Assembly (NCBI GenBank): GCA_038888155.1
Contig: JAWAJB010000002.1
Span: 96,001 to 160,000 of the forward strand
DNA length: 64,000 bases
DNA from: Desulfurococcaceae archaeon
Lineage (GTDB): Archaea > Thermoproteota > Thermoprotei_A > Sulfolobales > Desulfurococcaceae
Reading direction: 5' to 3'
Position 1 is the first letter of the stretch; each line of letters starts with the position of its first letter. A program made the position numbers and the translations under genes. Positions 10,643-18,219 of this stretch are shown here, piece by piece. The notes below the pieces were generated by a model, which worked only from the letters and a program-made list of their open reading frames with translations, did no database searches and had not been told where the DNA came from.

Positions 10643-10951
10643 CTATTCGCGGAGGCTTTTAGCTATCTCCAGTAATAAGCGATACGATGAGACTAGGGAC
10701 TCTGGCTCGCCACCGAGAATCTCCTCGAAGAATTTTACCTGTTCGAGCAGTTCTTCGATACTAATTTTAGAGACAATAGTCCCGGCGTGAACAATAACAA
10801 TATCGCCCCTGCTTACTCTATTTTCCGATATTCCAACTAGAACTGTCCTATTAACTCCGTCCCCATAATCAACAGTAGCGGTCATATTAGAGTAGTTAAC
10901 ATCTATAACTACTGCAGGTATACCGAGGCACAATTTAAACACCCCCTCCAT
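10643..10951 (-). CDS. hypC: Hydrogenase maturation chaperone HypC
   Basis: CLGIPA...VDYG...GDIVIVHAG; true start probably the TTG immediately before CLGIP. Confidence 0.93.
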   Translation of the reverse strand: MEGVFKLCLGIPAVVIDVNYSNMTATVDYGDGVNRTVLVGISENRVSRGDIVIVHAGTIVSKISIEELLEQVKFFEEILGGEPESLVSSYRLLLEIAKSLRE

Positions 10952-12158
10952 TTACAAAATTTTCATTTAATTCGTCAGCTAATTTTGTTAATAGTTCTCT
11001 AGACCCGTATTTAGCCCAAATTGCGCAAGTTCCCTCGCTGGAAACCATGCATGGCCCTACTGGTCTTTGAGGGTTACACAGTCTTAGAAATAGCGGACAT
11101 TGTGATGGGTAAATTTTCCCAAGTATAACGTCACCACATCTGCAGCCTGGAGATAAGTCATTTTTTGCATCATAAGCTACTAAGTCTCTTATGCTGTACT
11201 CGATAAAGGCATCATGTTCAGAGAACTCCTTTCTAATTCTCAACCCGCTATCAGGTATTAAACCAATACCTCTCCAGGCATCGTCGACCACTTCGAATAC
11301 TTTTGCAATGTTTGCTTGCGCCCTAGCGTCGCCTTGCCATGATACCGACCTTACGTATTCCACCACTGTTTTAGCCTCTCCTTTAACTAATTGCCTTAAG
11401 ATCTCAAGGATTGACACCAAGACATCAAGTGGCTCAAATCCAGAAACGACTACCGGTATACCACACTTTTTAGAGACAGACTCCCATGCCTTTGCTCCAG
11501 TTATTGTTGATACGTGACCTGGAGCTATTATCCCCATTATTGGAAAGCCCTTGGAATCATTTTTTAACGCGCTCAGAGTGTAAAGCATTGCGGGAGGTGT
11601 AAGCTTAACAAGGCTTATTAACTTTAAATGCGAAGGCAAATGACTTTTCAATAGTGCCTGAGCGTAACCCGGAGCCGCAGTCTCAAACCCTACACCAACG
11701 AAAATTGATGGTTTATTATGCTTATTGGCATCCTTAATTGCTGATATTATATCTGAGACCACTCTTATATCGCCTCCAAGAGAACGGGCTTCGCTCAATG
11801 AAAAGACATTGCTAACGCTTTTAGTAGTTCTCAACCTATAAGTGTCTCCATAGGTATAAATAACAATGCCATTCAGCGCTAACTTAATAAGTTCTTCTAT
11901 GTAGTGTGATGGAGTCACACAAACGGGGCACCCAGGTCCAGCTACAAGCTCTATCTCTCTAGGCAGTAAAGTCCTTATCCCATAATGTGTAATAACCCAC
12001 TCATGTGTTCCACAAAAATCCATTATTTTTAATTTAGTGAAACCTAAGTTCGCTCTGATCTTGGACCAATACTCGTTAATTTTCTTATTAGCCGCGATGA
12101 CTAGCGACCGGTCATAGCGTAAAATTCTCTCGACATCTTTGTGTAAATTTTTTGACAT
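10935..12158 (-). CDS. hypD: Hydrogenase maturation protein HypD
   Basis: CGTH, GPGCPVC, GFET, PGHVS, GPCMVSSEGTC motifs. Confidence 0.97.
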   Translation of the reverse strand: MSKNLHKDVERILRYDRSLVIAANKKINEYWSKIRANLGFTKLKIMDFCGTHEWVITHYGIRTLLPREIELVAGPGCPVCVTPSHYIEELIKLALNGIVIYTYGDTYRLRTTKSVSNVFSLSEARSLGGDIRVVSDIISAIKDANKHNKPSIFVGVGFETAAPGYAQALLKSHLPSHLKLISLVKLTPPAMLYTLSALKNDSKGFPIMGIIAPGHVSTITGAKAWESVSKKCGIPVVVSGFEPLDVLVSILEILRQLVKGEAKTVVEYVRSVSWQGDARAQANIAKVFEVVDDAWRGIGLIPDSGLRIRKEFSEHDAFIEYSIRDLVAYDAKNDLSPGCRCGDVILGKIYPSQCPLFLRLCNPQRPVGPCMVSSEGTCAIWAKYGSRELLTKLADELNENFVNGGGV

Positions 12159-12696
12159 TTACACACCTGTATACCTCTACTTATATAGTACAGATAAAAT
12201 TTAAGGCCAAATTCATGTTACTTCTTGTAGTATATTATGCATACTGCAAAATATTGATAGCATCAATAACACGTTCATTAAACGTAAGTTTAAACGTACT
12301 CTCTATTTTCTTGCTTTTAATATGATGATTTAATTAAGAATAACAAAGTGTATTGAGGATGCGGAAGTTCGGCATGCAGTCTATTGGACTACCTGTAGAG
12401 TTGATCAGACCTGATGATGTAGCCAGAACCCTAGAGGTAAAGAAATCATTTGAACGATTCTGGATCGGTACTTACTCTTCACTGGCATCGAGTTACTTTT
12501 GATGTGAATAGTATAAATAATTTGAAACTTCTTGAGGTCGCAATAAGCTTGCTGTAGTTTAAAGCGATGTTTACTACTATTCAAGTGCTTGGAACGCATT
12601 ATACTTCATTAAGGTGCATAACGTCTGTTGCTATAGCTATAGCGGTGGTGTATAGTTTAAAAGCATTATCAATCTTATTTTACCTCGGTGTAAGAT

Positions 12697-12765
12697 ATGT
12701 CAAGCAAAGAGGAAAAGGGAAAGGAAGCAAAGAAGGAATCACACAAATGTGGAAAGAAAAAGTGA
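12697..12765 (+). CDS. Lys/Glu-rich micropeptide MSSKEEKGKEAKKESHKCGKKK (22 aa), not in ORF track
   Basis: TATA-like tttaaaag at 12656-12663, GGTG RBS at 12687-12690, ATG 12697, TGA 12763-12765, short T-tract downstream. Confidence 0.55.
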   Translation: MSSKEEKGKEAKKESHKCGKKK

Positions 12766-12969
12766 ATTAACTCCCAAAGTCAATATAGGTTTTTCTAAAA
12801 AGTCCTCTGAATTTTATGATGTTTTAATAAACCCTTTACCCAATTAATCATCTGTAAATCTATGTCTAGTTCATTGTTATACGAAGCCTCTCTTGATCCG
12901 CACAAATGAACTATTTACGAACATTATTATTAGAGAACGCATAGTGCAGACAGGCTTTATGTTTATGAC

Positions 12970-13275
12970 CTATATTTCATGGCTTTGGGGATCTCCCCTA
13001 CGAGCTCCCTTAAATATGTGTCGTGAAAACAATACGCTTAATAAGACGAGCAATAAACTCATTGAAACCACTATAAGCAACAAGTGTACGGGGAAATCGC
13101 CGGCCCCGAAGCATATTGGTATAAACCCAATCAGTATACAAGCCCCAGTAGTTATAGAAACGCCAGATCCATCCTGTTTAAATTTAAGTAATGGAATTAT
13201 GGTACCAATAAACGCTAGAACAAGGCCAGCGAGAATCATAACCAAACCTAGTTTAAACAGCTTGGAAGAATTCAT
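12970..13275 (-). CDS. DUF131-type small membrane protein
   Basis: Two TM helices around GACILIGFIPICFG. Confidence 0.8.
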   Translation of the reverse strand: MNSSKLFKLGLVMILAGLVLAFIGTIIPLLKFKQDGSGVSITTGACILIGFIPICFGAGDFPVHLLLIVVSMSLLLVLLSVLFSRHIFKGARRGDPQSHEI

Positions 13276-13535
13276 TTCAAGATCCCGCCTAAGAGCATAA
13301 ACGAGGTAACAGAAACAACTAGTAGCACAATAGCGAGAATGACTAAGACCCTCGTTACCCGTTCGCTTGTACCGAAAACTATTGGTAGCGGCCCAATAAT
13401 TAACACGCCACCTCCTTCTATCTGTTTGTCCTCATTTCTAGTGCGGCTACCTTGAATTATAGAGATAAAAACCAGTAACGAACCAATGACGAACAAGATA
13501 AATGCAACTGCAAATATTGTCAAGGGAGCCACCAC
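13272..13535 (-). CDS. DUF131 (TIGR00304-like) small membrane protein
   Basis: GGGVLIIGPLPIVFG signature; 4-nt overlap with downstream paralog. Confidence 0.85.
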   Translation of the reverse strand: MVAPLTIFAVAFILFVIGSLLVFISIIQGSRTRNEDKQIEGGGVLIIGPLPIVFGTSERVTRVLVILAIVLLVVSVTSFMLLGGILK

Positions 13536-13675
13536 GGCTATCCCCTAAGTCTCATTTTTGTGAACTACATTATTAAATTTTAAGGAGTAATTCTTAATTC
13601 AGCGGGCTTTCAAAGGTAAAGATAGCAACTCACGTAGTGACAAATTAATTGTAAATATTTAATGAAGAAAGGAGT

Positions 13676-13857
13676 GGGCAACATGACCCCCATACTCCCA
13701 ACCAATGGGAAATACTAGTAATGAGCTGGTAACTGCTAGGCATTCGGAGACTACTCCCACCCGGGTCACCGGGTGGGAGTAACCCCGTAATGCCCGGCTA
13801 ATTACCAGCTCATTACCAGCTAAATCCCACTAATTGAGTTTGAGTGGGGCCATGCCC
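13676..13857 (-). ncRNA. Candidate rod-shaped structured ncRNA with terminal bulge-helix-bulge-like motif
   Basis: GC-rich island folding back over ~180 nt; perfect 13-bp apical stem (13752-13764/13769-13781); about 10 plus-strand A.C oppositions (G-U on minus) versus one G.T; upstream TATA and downstream pyrimidine tract on the minus strand. Confidence 0.75.
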
Positions 13858-13879
13858 TAAATATATATACTCTATCTTG

Positions 13880-13898
13880 TACTTAAGTTAATTTTTTT
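13880..13898 (-). promoter_or_regulatory. BRE/TATA-like promoter for the ncRNA candidate
   Basis: Minus strand reads AAAAAAATTAACTTAAGTA; the CTTAAGTA box lies 23-30 nt upstream of the first G of the hairpin (13857). Confidence 0.5.
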
Positions 13899-14010
13899 GT
13901 ATAACAGGTTCTTATCAACGATAAAATGAGTATTGTTGTATATATTTTTGTATAATTTTGTTCAAGTAATACATTTACCATGATATACGTTGTATTACAT
14001 CCACTCATAG

Positions 14011-14583
14011 TTAATAAGTTGAGATCATATATGGTGAAACCAACACAATCCCTCTTTGGTGAGATTCCTGAATCGCAGAAGGATGTATATATAACCCGTA
14101 CATTAAGAGAATCGCCCTTGTTGATAAAAGCTTTTTTGTTTGAATTATTTGATTTACTTTTTCGTGGAAGCTTTTAATGTCTTCCCCGTGGATTCGGGAC
14201 TTTGATTCTCCGAAGATGAGAACAGATTCATTGCCATTATTAACTCCCTCCCCATAGAAATCTAGCTCAACAAACCTGTCTCCTAGGTCAAAGAAAGCCC
14301 TATCTAACTTATTTGTGGTTATTCCCATTTTCACGTATAGCCATGCTGGGAGAAAGCTTCTTGCAACGTCTTCTAATATCAGCCCAAAAGAATCGCTCAA
14401 CCGACTCATTTCCTTTGACAGCTCTCCTACATACTTTGCAATCTTCTCCATTCTCTCTACTAGTATCGCATTAGTCTTCTTAACTTCATCTATTTCTTTA
14501 GTAATCTCCTCAATTGATTTCTTAACTTCGCTGTATTCCTGTTGATCTTTATTGCTTTTTGCTTTCAGTAAAAGCATTGACAA
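14011..14583 (-). CDS. Coiled-coil plus PD-(D/E)XK nuclease-fold protein
   Basis: N-terminal heptad coiled coil, FGLILED linker, ELDFYG...FGESKSRI (D...ExK) motif; 5' end interrupted by an in-frame TGA at 14608-14610. Confidence 0.75.
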   Translation of the reverse strand: MSMLLLKAKSNKDQQEYSEVKKSIEEITKEIDEVKKTNAILVERMEKIAKYVGELSKEMSRLSDSFGLILEDVARSFLPAWLYVKMGITTNKLDRAFFDLGDRFVELDFYGEGVNNGNESVLIFGESKSRIHGEDIKSFHEKVNQIIQTKKLLSTRAILLMYGLYIHPSAIQESHQRGIVLVSPYMISTY

Positions 14584-14730
14584 AAACCCAACGCTGTCCC
14601 ATAAGCTTCATCCAGGGTCAACCATTAATAAGGGATTACCTGCAGTATTACCTTAAATGGGAACCTAGATCCGAGTTAATAGTGAATTGCTTAACAGGGT
14701 TTATTTTATAAATATCGCTATTAAATTCAG

Positions 14731-15552
14731 GTGTTCGCGTTGATTAGTGGATGGATTAGCAGCGAACAAATTTTTGAAGTCGTTAAAATGTTTCTCTCAA
14801 TCGCGATACTGTTTGTACTTGGGATTCAAGACTTGAAGAGCAGGGAACTTAGCGAAACGATCGTTTATCTGTTCTTGTGTTGCTCTTTAATAGGATTCAT
14901 TGTTTCTACCTTTATTCTCGGAAGCATGCAACCGATATTAAGACTCGCCTATGCAACAATATCACTTTTAGTTACTATAGGAGTTTTTTTAACGTTATAT
15001 AAGCTCAACTTAATAGGGGATGGAGATCTGTACATCTCTACATCTTTAGGACTAATGTTTCCTTATCCGATTACTTATAGGGCCACATTGGTGAGAACAG
15101 GAATTTTGCCACCCTCTCTTATAATTGTGCTTTACGCTTCTATGCTGGGAATCATCTTTTCTGCAATTAACGCGGTTATAGTAATCTCTAGACACAAGGA
15201 ATCCCTCGATGCGATGCCAACTAAAATTAAGATGATCATACCGTTTATTGCTAAACCCGTTAAATTAATTGATTACTTAGAAGGAAAGGTTAAGCACTGT
15301 CATCCAATTCAAGTCTTTAAAGTTGTCAACGGAAAAGTAATTTCCGAGTATAAGTTCCTTATAGATATAAACCAAGACATAAATGAAGAGGTTAAAGACC
15401 TGATAAATAAAGGCTCTTTAAGCCCCAATATCTACTTGTGGGTAACGCCTGGTCTACCCTACGTTTTCCACTTGTTACTGGGCTTGATTATGCTTTTTAT
15501 ATTAGGCGACAGTCCAGTTCTTTTACTTATATTCAAGCTTTTTGGTGTTTAA
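14731..15552 (+). CDS. A24 family prepilin/prearchaellin peptidase (PibD/FlaK-like)
   Basis: QDLKSRE (first Asp), IGDGD (GxGD), C-terminal WVTPGLPY; multiple TM helices. Confidence 0.9.
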   Translation: MFALISGWISSEQIFEVVKMFLSIAILFVLGIQDLKSRELSETIVYLFLCCSLIGFIVSTFILGSMQPILRLAYATISLLVTIGVFLTLYKLNLIGDGDLYISTSLGLMFPYPITYRATLVRTGILPPSLIIVLYASMLGIIFSAINAVIVISRHKESLDAMPTKIKMIIPFIAKPVKLIDYLEGKVKHCHPIQVFKVVNGKVISEYKFLIDINQDINEEVKDLINKGSLSPNIYLWVTPGLPYVFHLLLGLIMLFILGDSPVLLLIFKLFGV

Positions 15553-15654
15553 ATCTCAATTACAGGACCCAATTTGTAGGACAGGCAGGCTTGCTTCTAA
15601 AGTAGTAAAGCTTATAAGTAAGAAAAATAAAACATAGCTCTATTGGTGGTACAA

Positions 15655-15714
15655 ATGGCTGCAAAGAAGGAGGAGAAGAAGGCAGAGAAGAAAGAAGAGA
15701 AGAAGAAGAAATAG
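15655..15714 (+). CDS. Lys/Glu-rich micropeptide MAAKKEEKKAEKKEEKKKK (19 aa), not in ORF track
   Basis: gtaaag-CTTATAA BRE/TATA at ~15605-15617, GGTGGT RBS at 15645-15650, ATG 15655, TAG 15712-15714, long T-rich tract 15756-15782. Confidence 0.7.
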   Translation: MAAKKEEKKAEKKEEKKKK

Positions 15715-15755
15715 CTCCTTTAATTACCAATTGCTGTGAACATTTACTATATTGC

Positions 15756-15782
15756 TTTTTCTTTTCACTTTTTTATGTTTTT
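15756..15782 (+). terminator. Oligo-T archaeal terminator-like tract
   Basis: tttttcttttcacttttttatgttttt about 40 nt after the micropeptide stop. Confidence 0.55.
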
Positions 15783-15915
15783 GTATTACATCAGGAAAGT
15801 AAAGCTACATTACATTACTCTCTCGTCTTTATGCATCCCAATCTAAGTATTCAAATTCAGCGAAAATAAGCGCACAAGTCAAGCATCCATTATTAACAGA
15901 AGAATGTAGGGTTCT

Positions 15916-16284
15916 TCATTCGATGAGAAAGTCAACTATTTTTCTTATCGAATGGAGTGCTTTAACTCTTTCCTCTAGGTACTCCTTTCCCTCACTAGTT
16001 ATAGTGTAGACTTTGATAGGGTTGCCTTCTGAGATTTTATCCCAAGTCGAGTACACAAATCCCCTTTCTTCCAATCCCTTCAATACCATGTATATAACAG
16101 CACTAGGAATTTCAAAGCCAAATCTATCCTTAATGGTATTTTTAATGTCTATACCCCTCATTGGTTTTTGACTTAATGATTTAATAATTAACAACTGAAG
16201 TAAACCTCTAACGGGGAGACCTATGCCGCACTTGTGAAGCCCGCGATGTTTTTTGTGAAAATCGGGAGGGCTTTCGTGAGCCAC
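15916..16284 (-). CDS. PadR family transcriptional regulator
   Basis: RGLLQLLIIKSLSQKPMRG...IYMVLKGLEERGFV...KVYTITSEGKEYL; His-rich N-terminal extension. Confidence 0.9.
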   Translation of the reverse strand: MAHESPPDFHKKHRGLHKCGIGLPVRGLLQLLIIKSLSQKPMRGIDIKNTIKDRFGFEIPSAVIYMVLKGLEERGFVYSTWDKISEGNPIKVYTITSEGKEYLEERVKALHSIRKIVDFLIE

Positions 16285-16293
16285 TATACCACC

Positions 16294-16323
16294 ATATAAG
16301 TTATTTAGTTAAGTAACTTATAT
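16294..16323. promoter_or_regulatory. Palindromic operator overlapping the PadR promoter (copy 1)
   Basis: atataagttatttagttaagtaacttatat; its reverse complement matches 55664-55691 at 27 of 28 nt. Confidence 0.8.
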
Positions 16324-16398
16324 AATTTTATTACAGCAACACAATTTAAAGTTCGCGGAAGCTTTATAAAATCATGAAATCATGGATGGTGATTCAAG

Positions 16399-17130
16399 TT
16401 GTCATTTGTTGATCACAACGAGTGGTCTAAAATCTACGGAGAAATTTCCACTAAATTGCTGTACCTAAATTTTTCTCGCGATCAAGAGGCCGCGGAAAAA
16501 TTGAGCAAGATCCTATTAAATATGAGCAATGTTATAACAGCCGATCTTTTGTTCGAGAGGATAAGGGGTAGAAGTTACGCCATTGTTGTTGGATGCGGGC
16601 CAAATGCTCAAAAAGAAGCTCAGTTAATTAGGAGAATAAAAGAGAGGAATTTTCTTCTCGTAGCCGCTGATGGCGCCACTAAAATTTTATTGGATTGTGA
16701 TATAACCCCAGACCTAATCGTAACCGATCTCGACGGCAATCTAGAGGCGCTCTTAGATGCATCAAAAAATGGAGCCATAGTTGTATTCCATGCTCATGGA
16801 GACAATATTGAGAGAATTGATCTGATCAAAAAATTCAAGGGACCAGTTGTAGGTTCTACTCAGGTTGAGCCGAGACCTTTTGTATATAACTTTGGTGGTT
16901 TCACCGATGGCGATAGAGCGATATTTATTCTACAAATTGCAGGATATAGAAGAGTCTATGTATCTGGTTTTGATTTCGAGATCCCCTACTCTTGTCCAGG
17001 TAAAGAGGCTGTTAACTATAATATAAAAAAAGTAAAACTTTATTTTGCAAAAAGGCTCATCTCTATGCTTCAACAAAAAGGCATAGATATACAAGAGGTG
17101 AGATATCTCTTTGGAGGATCCAGCGTCTAA
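16399..17130 (+). CDS. mptE: 6-hydroxymethyl-7,8-dihydropterin pyrophosphokinase (MptE/DUF115)
   Basis: AADGA, VTDLDG, HAHGDN, NFGGFTDGDRA, GFDF motifs. Confidence 0.88.
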   Translation: MSFVDHNEWSKIYGEISTKLLYLNFSRDQEAAEKLSKILLNMSNVITADLLFERIRGRSYAIVVGCGPNAQKEAQLIRRIKERNFLLVAADGATKILLDCDITPDLIVTDLDGNLEALLDASKNGAIVVFHAHGDNIERIDLIKKFKGPVVGSTQVEPRPFVYNFGGFTDGDRAIFILQIAGYRRVYVSGFDFEIPYSCPGKEAVNYNIKKVKLYFAKRLISMLQQKGIDIQEVRYLFGGSSV

Positions 17131-17491
17131 GTATTTTTCTAGTAAAGTCTCGAAAAGGGATAGGGCTTTATTTGAAGCTGGAATAGCTATTGGCACGCTT
17201 GTACATCAATTTACAGGCATCCCAATTAAGAATGTCAACGATTTGGCTGTCCTTGAGGATGCTATGAGAAGGGCCTTGTTGTCGCAGCCATTTAGAGAAG
17301 ATGTTATCATAAAGATCAACGTTGACCTTCCAAGGGCCGAGTCACCTTATAGCTACACAACCGTTAAAGCGAGAAACTTAGACGCAAAAATAGTAGTTAA
17401 TTATCATGGATGCAGAGTTATTGCAAGGTTGAGGTATATTCCAGAGTTAGACTATACTCTCGGGTACGTAGAGGACATTGAGGAGGATTAA
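17111..17491 (+). CDS. mptD: Archaeal dihydroneopterin aldolase (MptD/DUF381)
   Basis: RALFEAGIAIG...HQFTG.P, SQPF, YIPELDY motifs. Confidence 0.88.
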   Translation: MEDPASKYFSSKVSKRDRALFEAGIAIGTLVHQFTGIPIKNVNDLAVLEDAMRRALLSQPFREDVIIKINVDLPRAESPYSYTTVKARNLDAKIVVNYHGCRVIARLRYIPELDYTLGYVEDIEED

Positions 17492-17496
17492 CAGCA

Positions 17497-18219
17497 ATGC
17501 GTAAAAATGTGGCCTGGGGGATCACAGGAGCGGGTGCCTTATTGCAAGAGTCTATTAGTGCACTTAGGTCGTTGATCAAAGGAGGAGTGGGCGTAACAGT
17601 GTTTGTATCCAAGGCTGGCGAGACTGTTCTTAAGATGTATGGATTCAAAGAAGTTATCGAAAATATTGTAGTGGGCAAATATCCAACTGGTATTGTTTAC
17701 GAAAGCTCAGAACATCCAGGATATCCTACAACAGGTAGGTTGTATTTAGGATTGTATTCTGCGGTTATTATTTCACCAGCTACTTTAAACACTGTTGGCA
17801 AGATAGTTAACGGAATAGCAGATAGCCTGGTGTCCGCACTTGCAATGCACGCTTTAAAGACTGGTATACCTATTTATGTCATACCAGTTGATGCCTTTGA
17901 AACTAAAAGCACCATACCGATATTAATTGACAGGGAGAGATGCGAGCGGTGTAATGCTTGTAGTGTTGTGGGGAAGTGCCCCGTCTCCGCTATAGATGAA
18001 CATCCATATTATAAACTTACCATAGATCCCACTAAATGTATAAAATGCCGCCTGTGCTTAAAGTTATGTCCTCTTGGAGCAATAAGATTCGATGTAGATA
18101 TAGTAGTGAAACCCTTTCCGTACTACCTTGAGATTATTGAAAGGGCTAGGAGGATTGATAACTTAAATGTGATATCATCTCCAACTCAGGTCCTGGAATT
18201 GCTCGGTGTCGAGCATTGA
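17497..18219 (+). CDS. Archaeal flavoprotein with 2x[4Fe-4S] (dihydromethanopterin reductase DmrX-like)
   Basis: AWGITGAG, PATLNTVGKIVNGIADSL flavoprotein motifs plus two CxxCxxC(x)xxCP ferredoxin-type motifs; pterin operon context. Confidence 0.8.
   Translation: MRKNVAWGITGAGALLQESISALRSLIKGGVGVTVFVSKAGETVLKMYGFKEVIENIVVGKYPTGIVYESSEHPGYPTTGRLYLGLYSAVIISPATLNTVGKIVNGIADSLVSALAMHALKTGIPIYVIPVDAFETKSTIPILIDRERCERCNACSVVGKCPVSAIDEHPYYKLTIDPTKCIKCRLCLKLCPLGAIRFDVDIVVKPFPYYLEIIERARRIDNLNVISSPTQVLELLGVEH

Noticed and set aside
12567-12770. 67-aa ORF in the track
   Set aside because: No RBS or recognisable family; the signals fit the 22-aa ORF in another frame better
13676-13857. Rod hairpin as SRP RNA, RNase P RNA, CRISPR or a coding region
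   Set aside because: Unbranched and too short for archaeal SRP RNA; I could not find SRP helix-8 or RNase P conserved motifs; no repeat-spacer periodicity; only very short ORFs (about 25 codons or fewer with a start)
14608-14610. In-frame TGA as selenocysteine with the downstream hairpin as a 3' SECIS
   Set aside because: Codon 6 is not a catalytic or Cys-like position, the hairpin does not resemble an archaeal SECIS, and no Sec machinery is visible in the window
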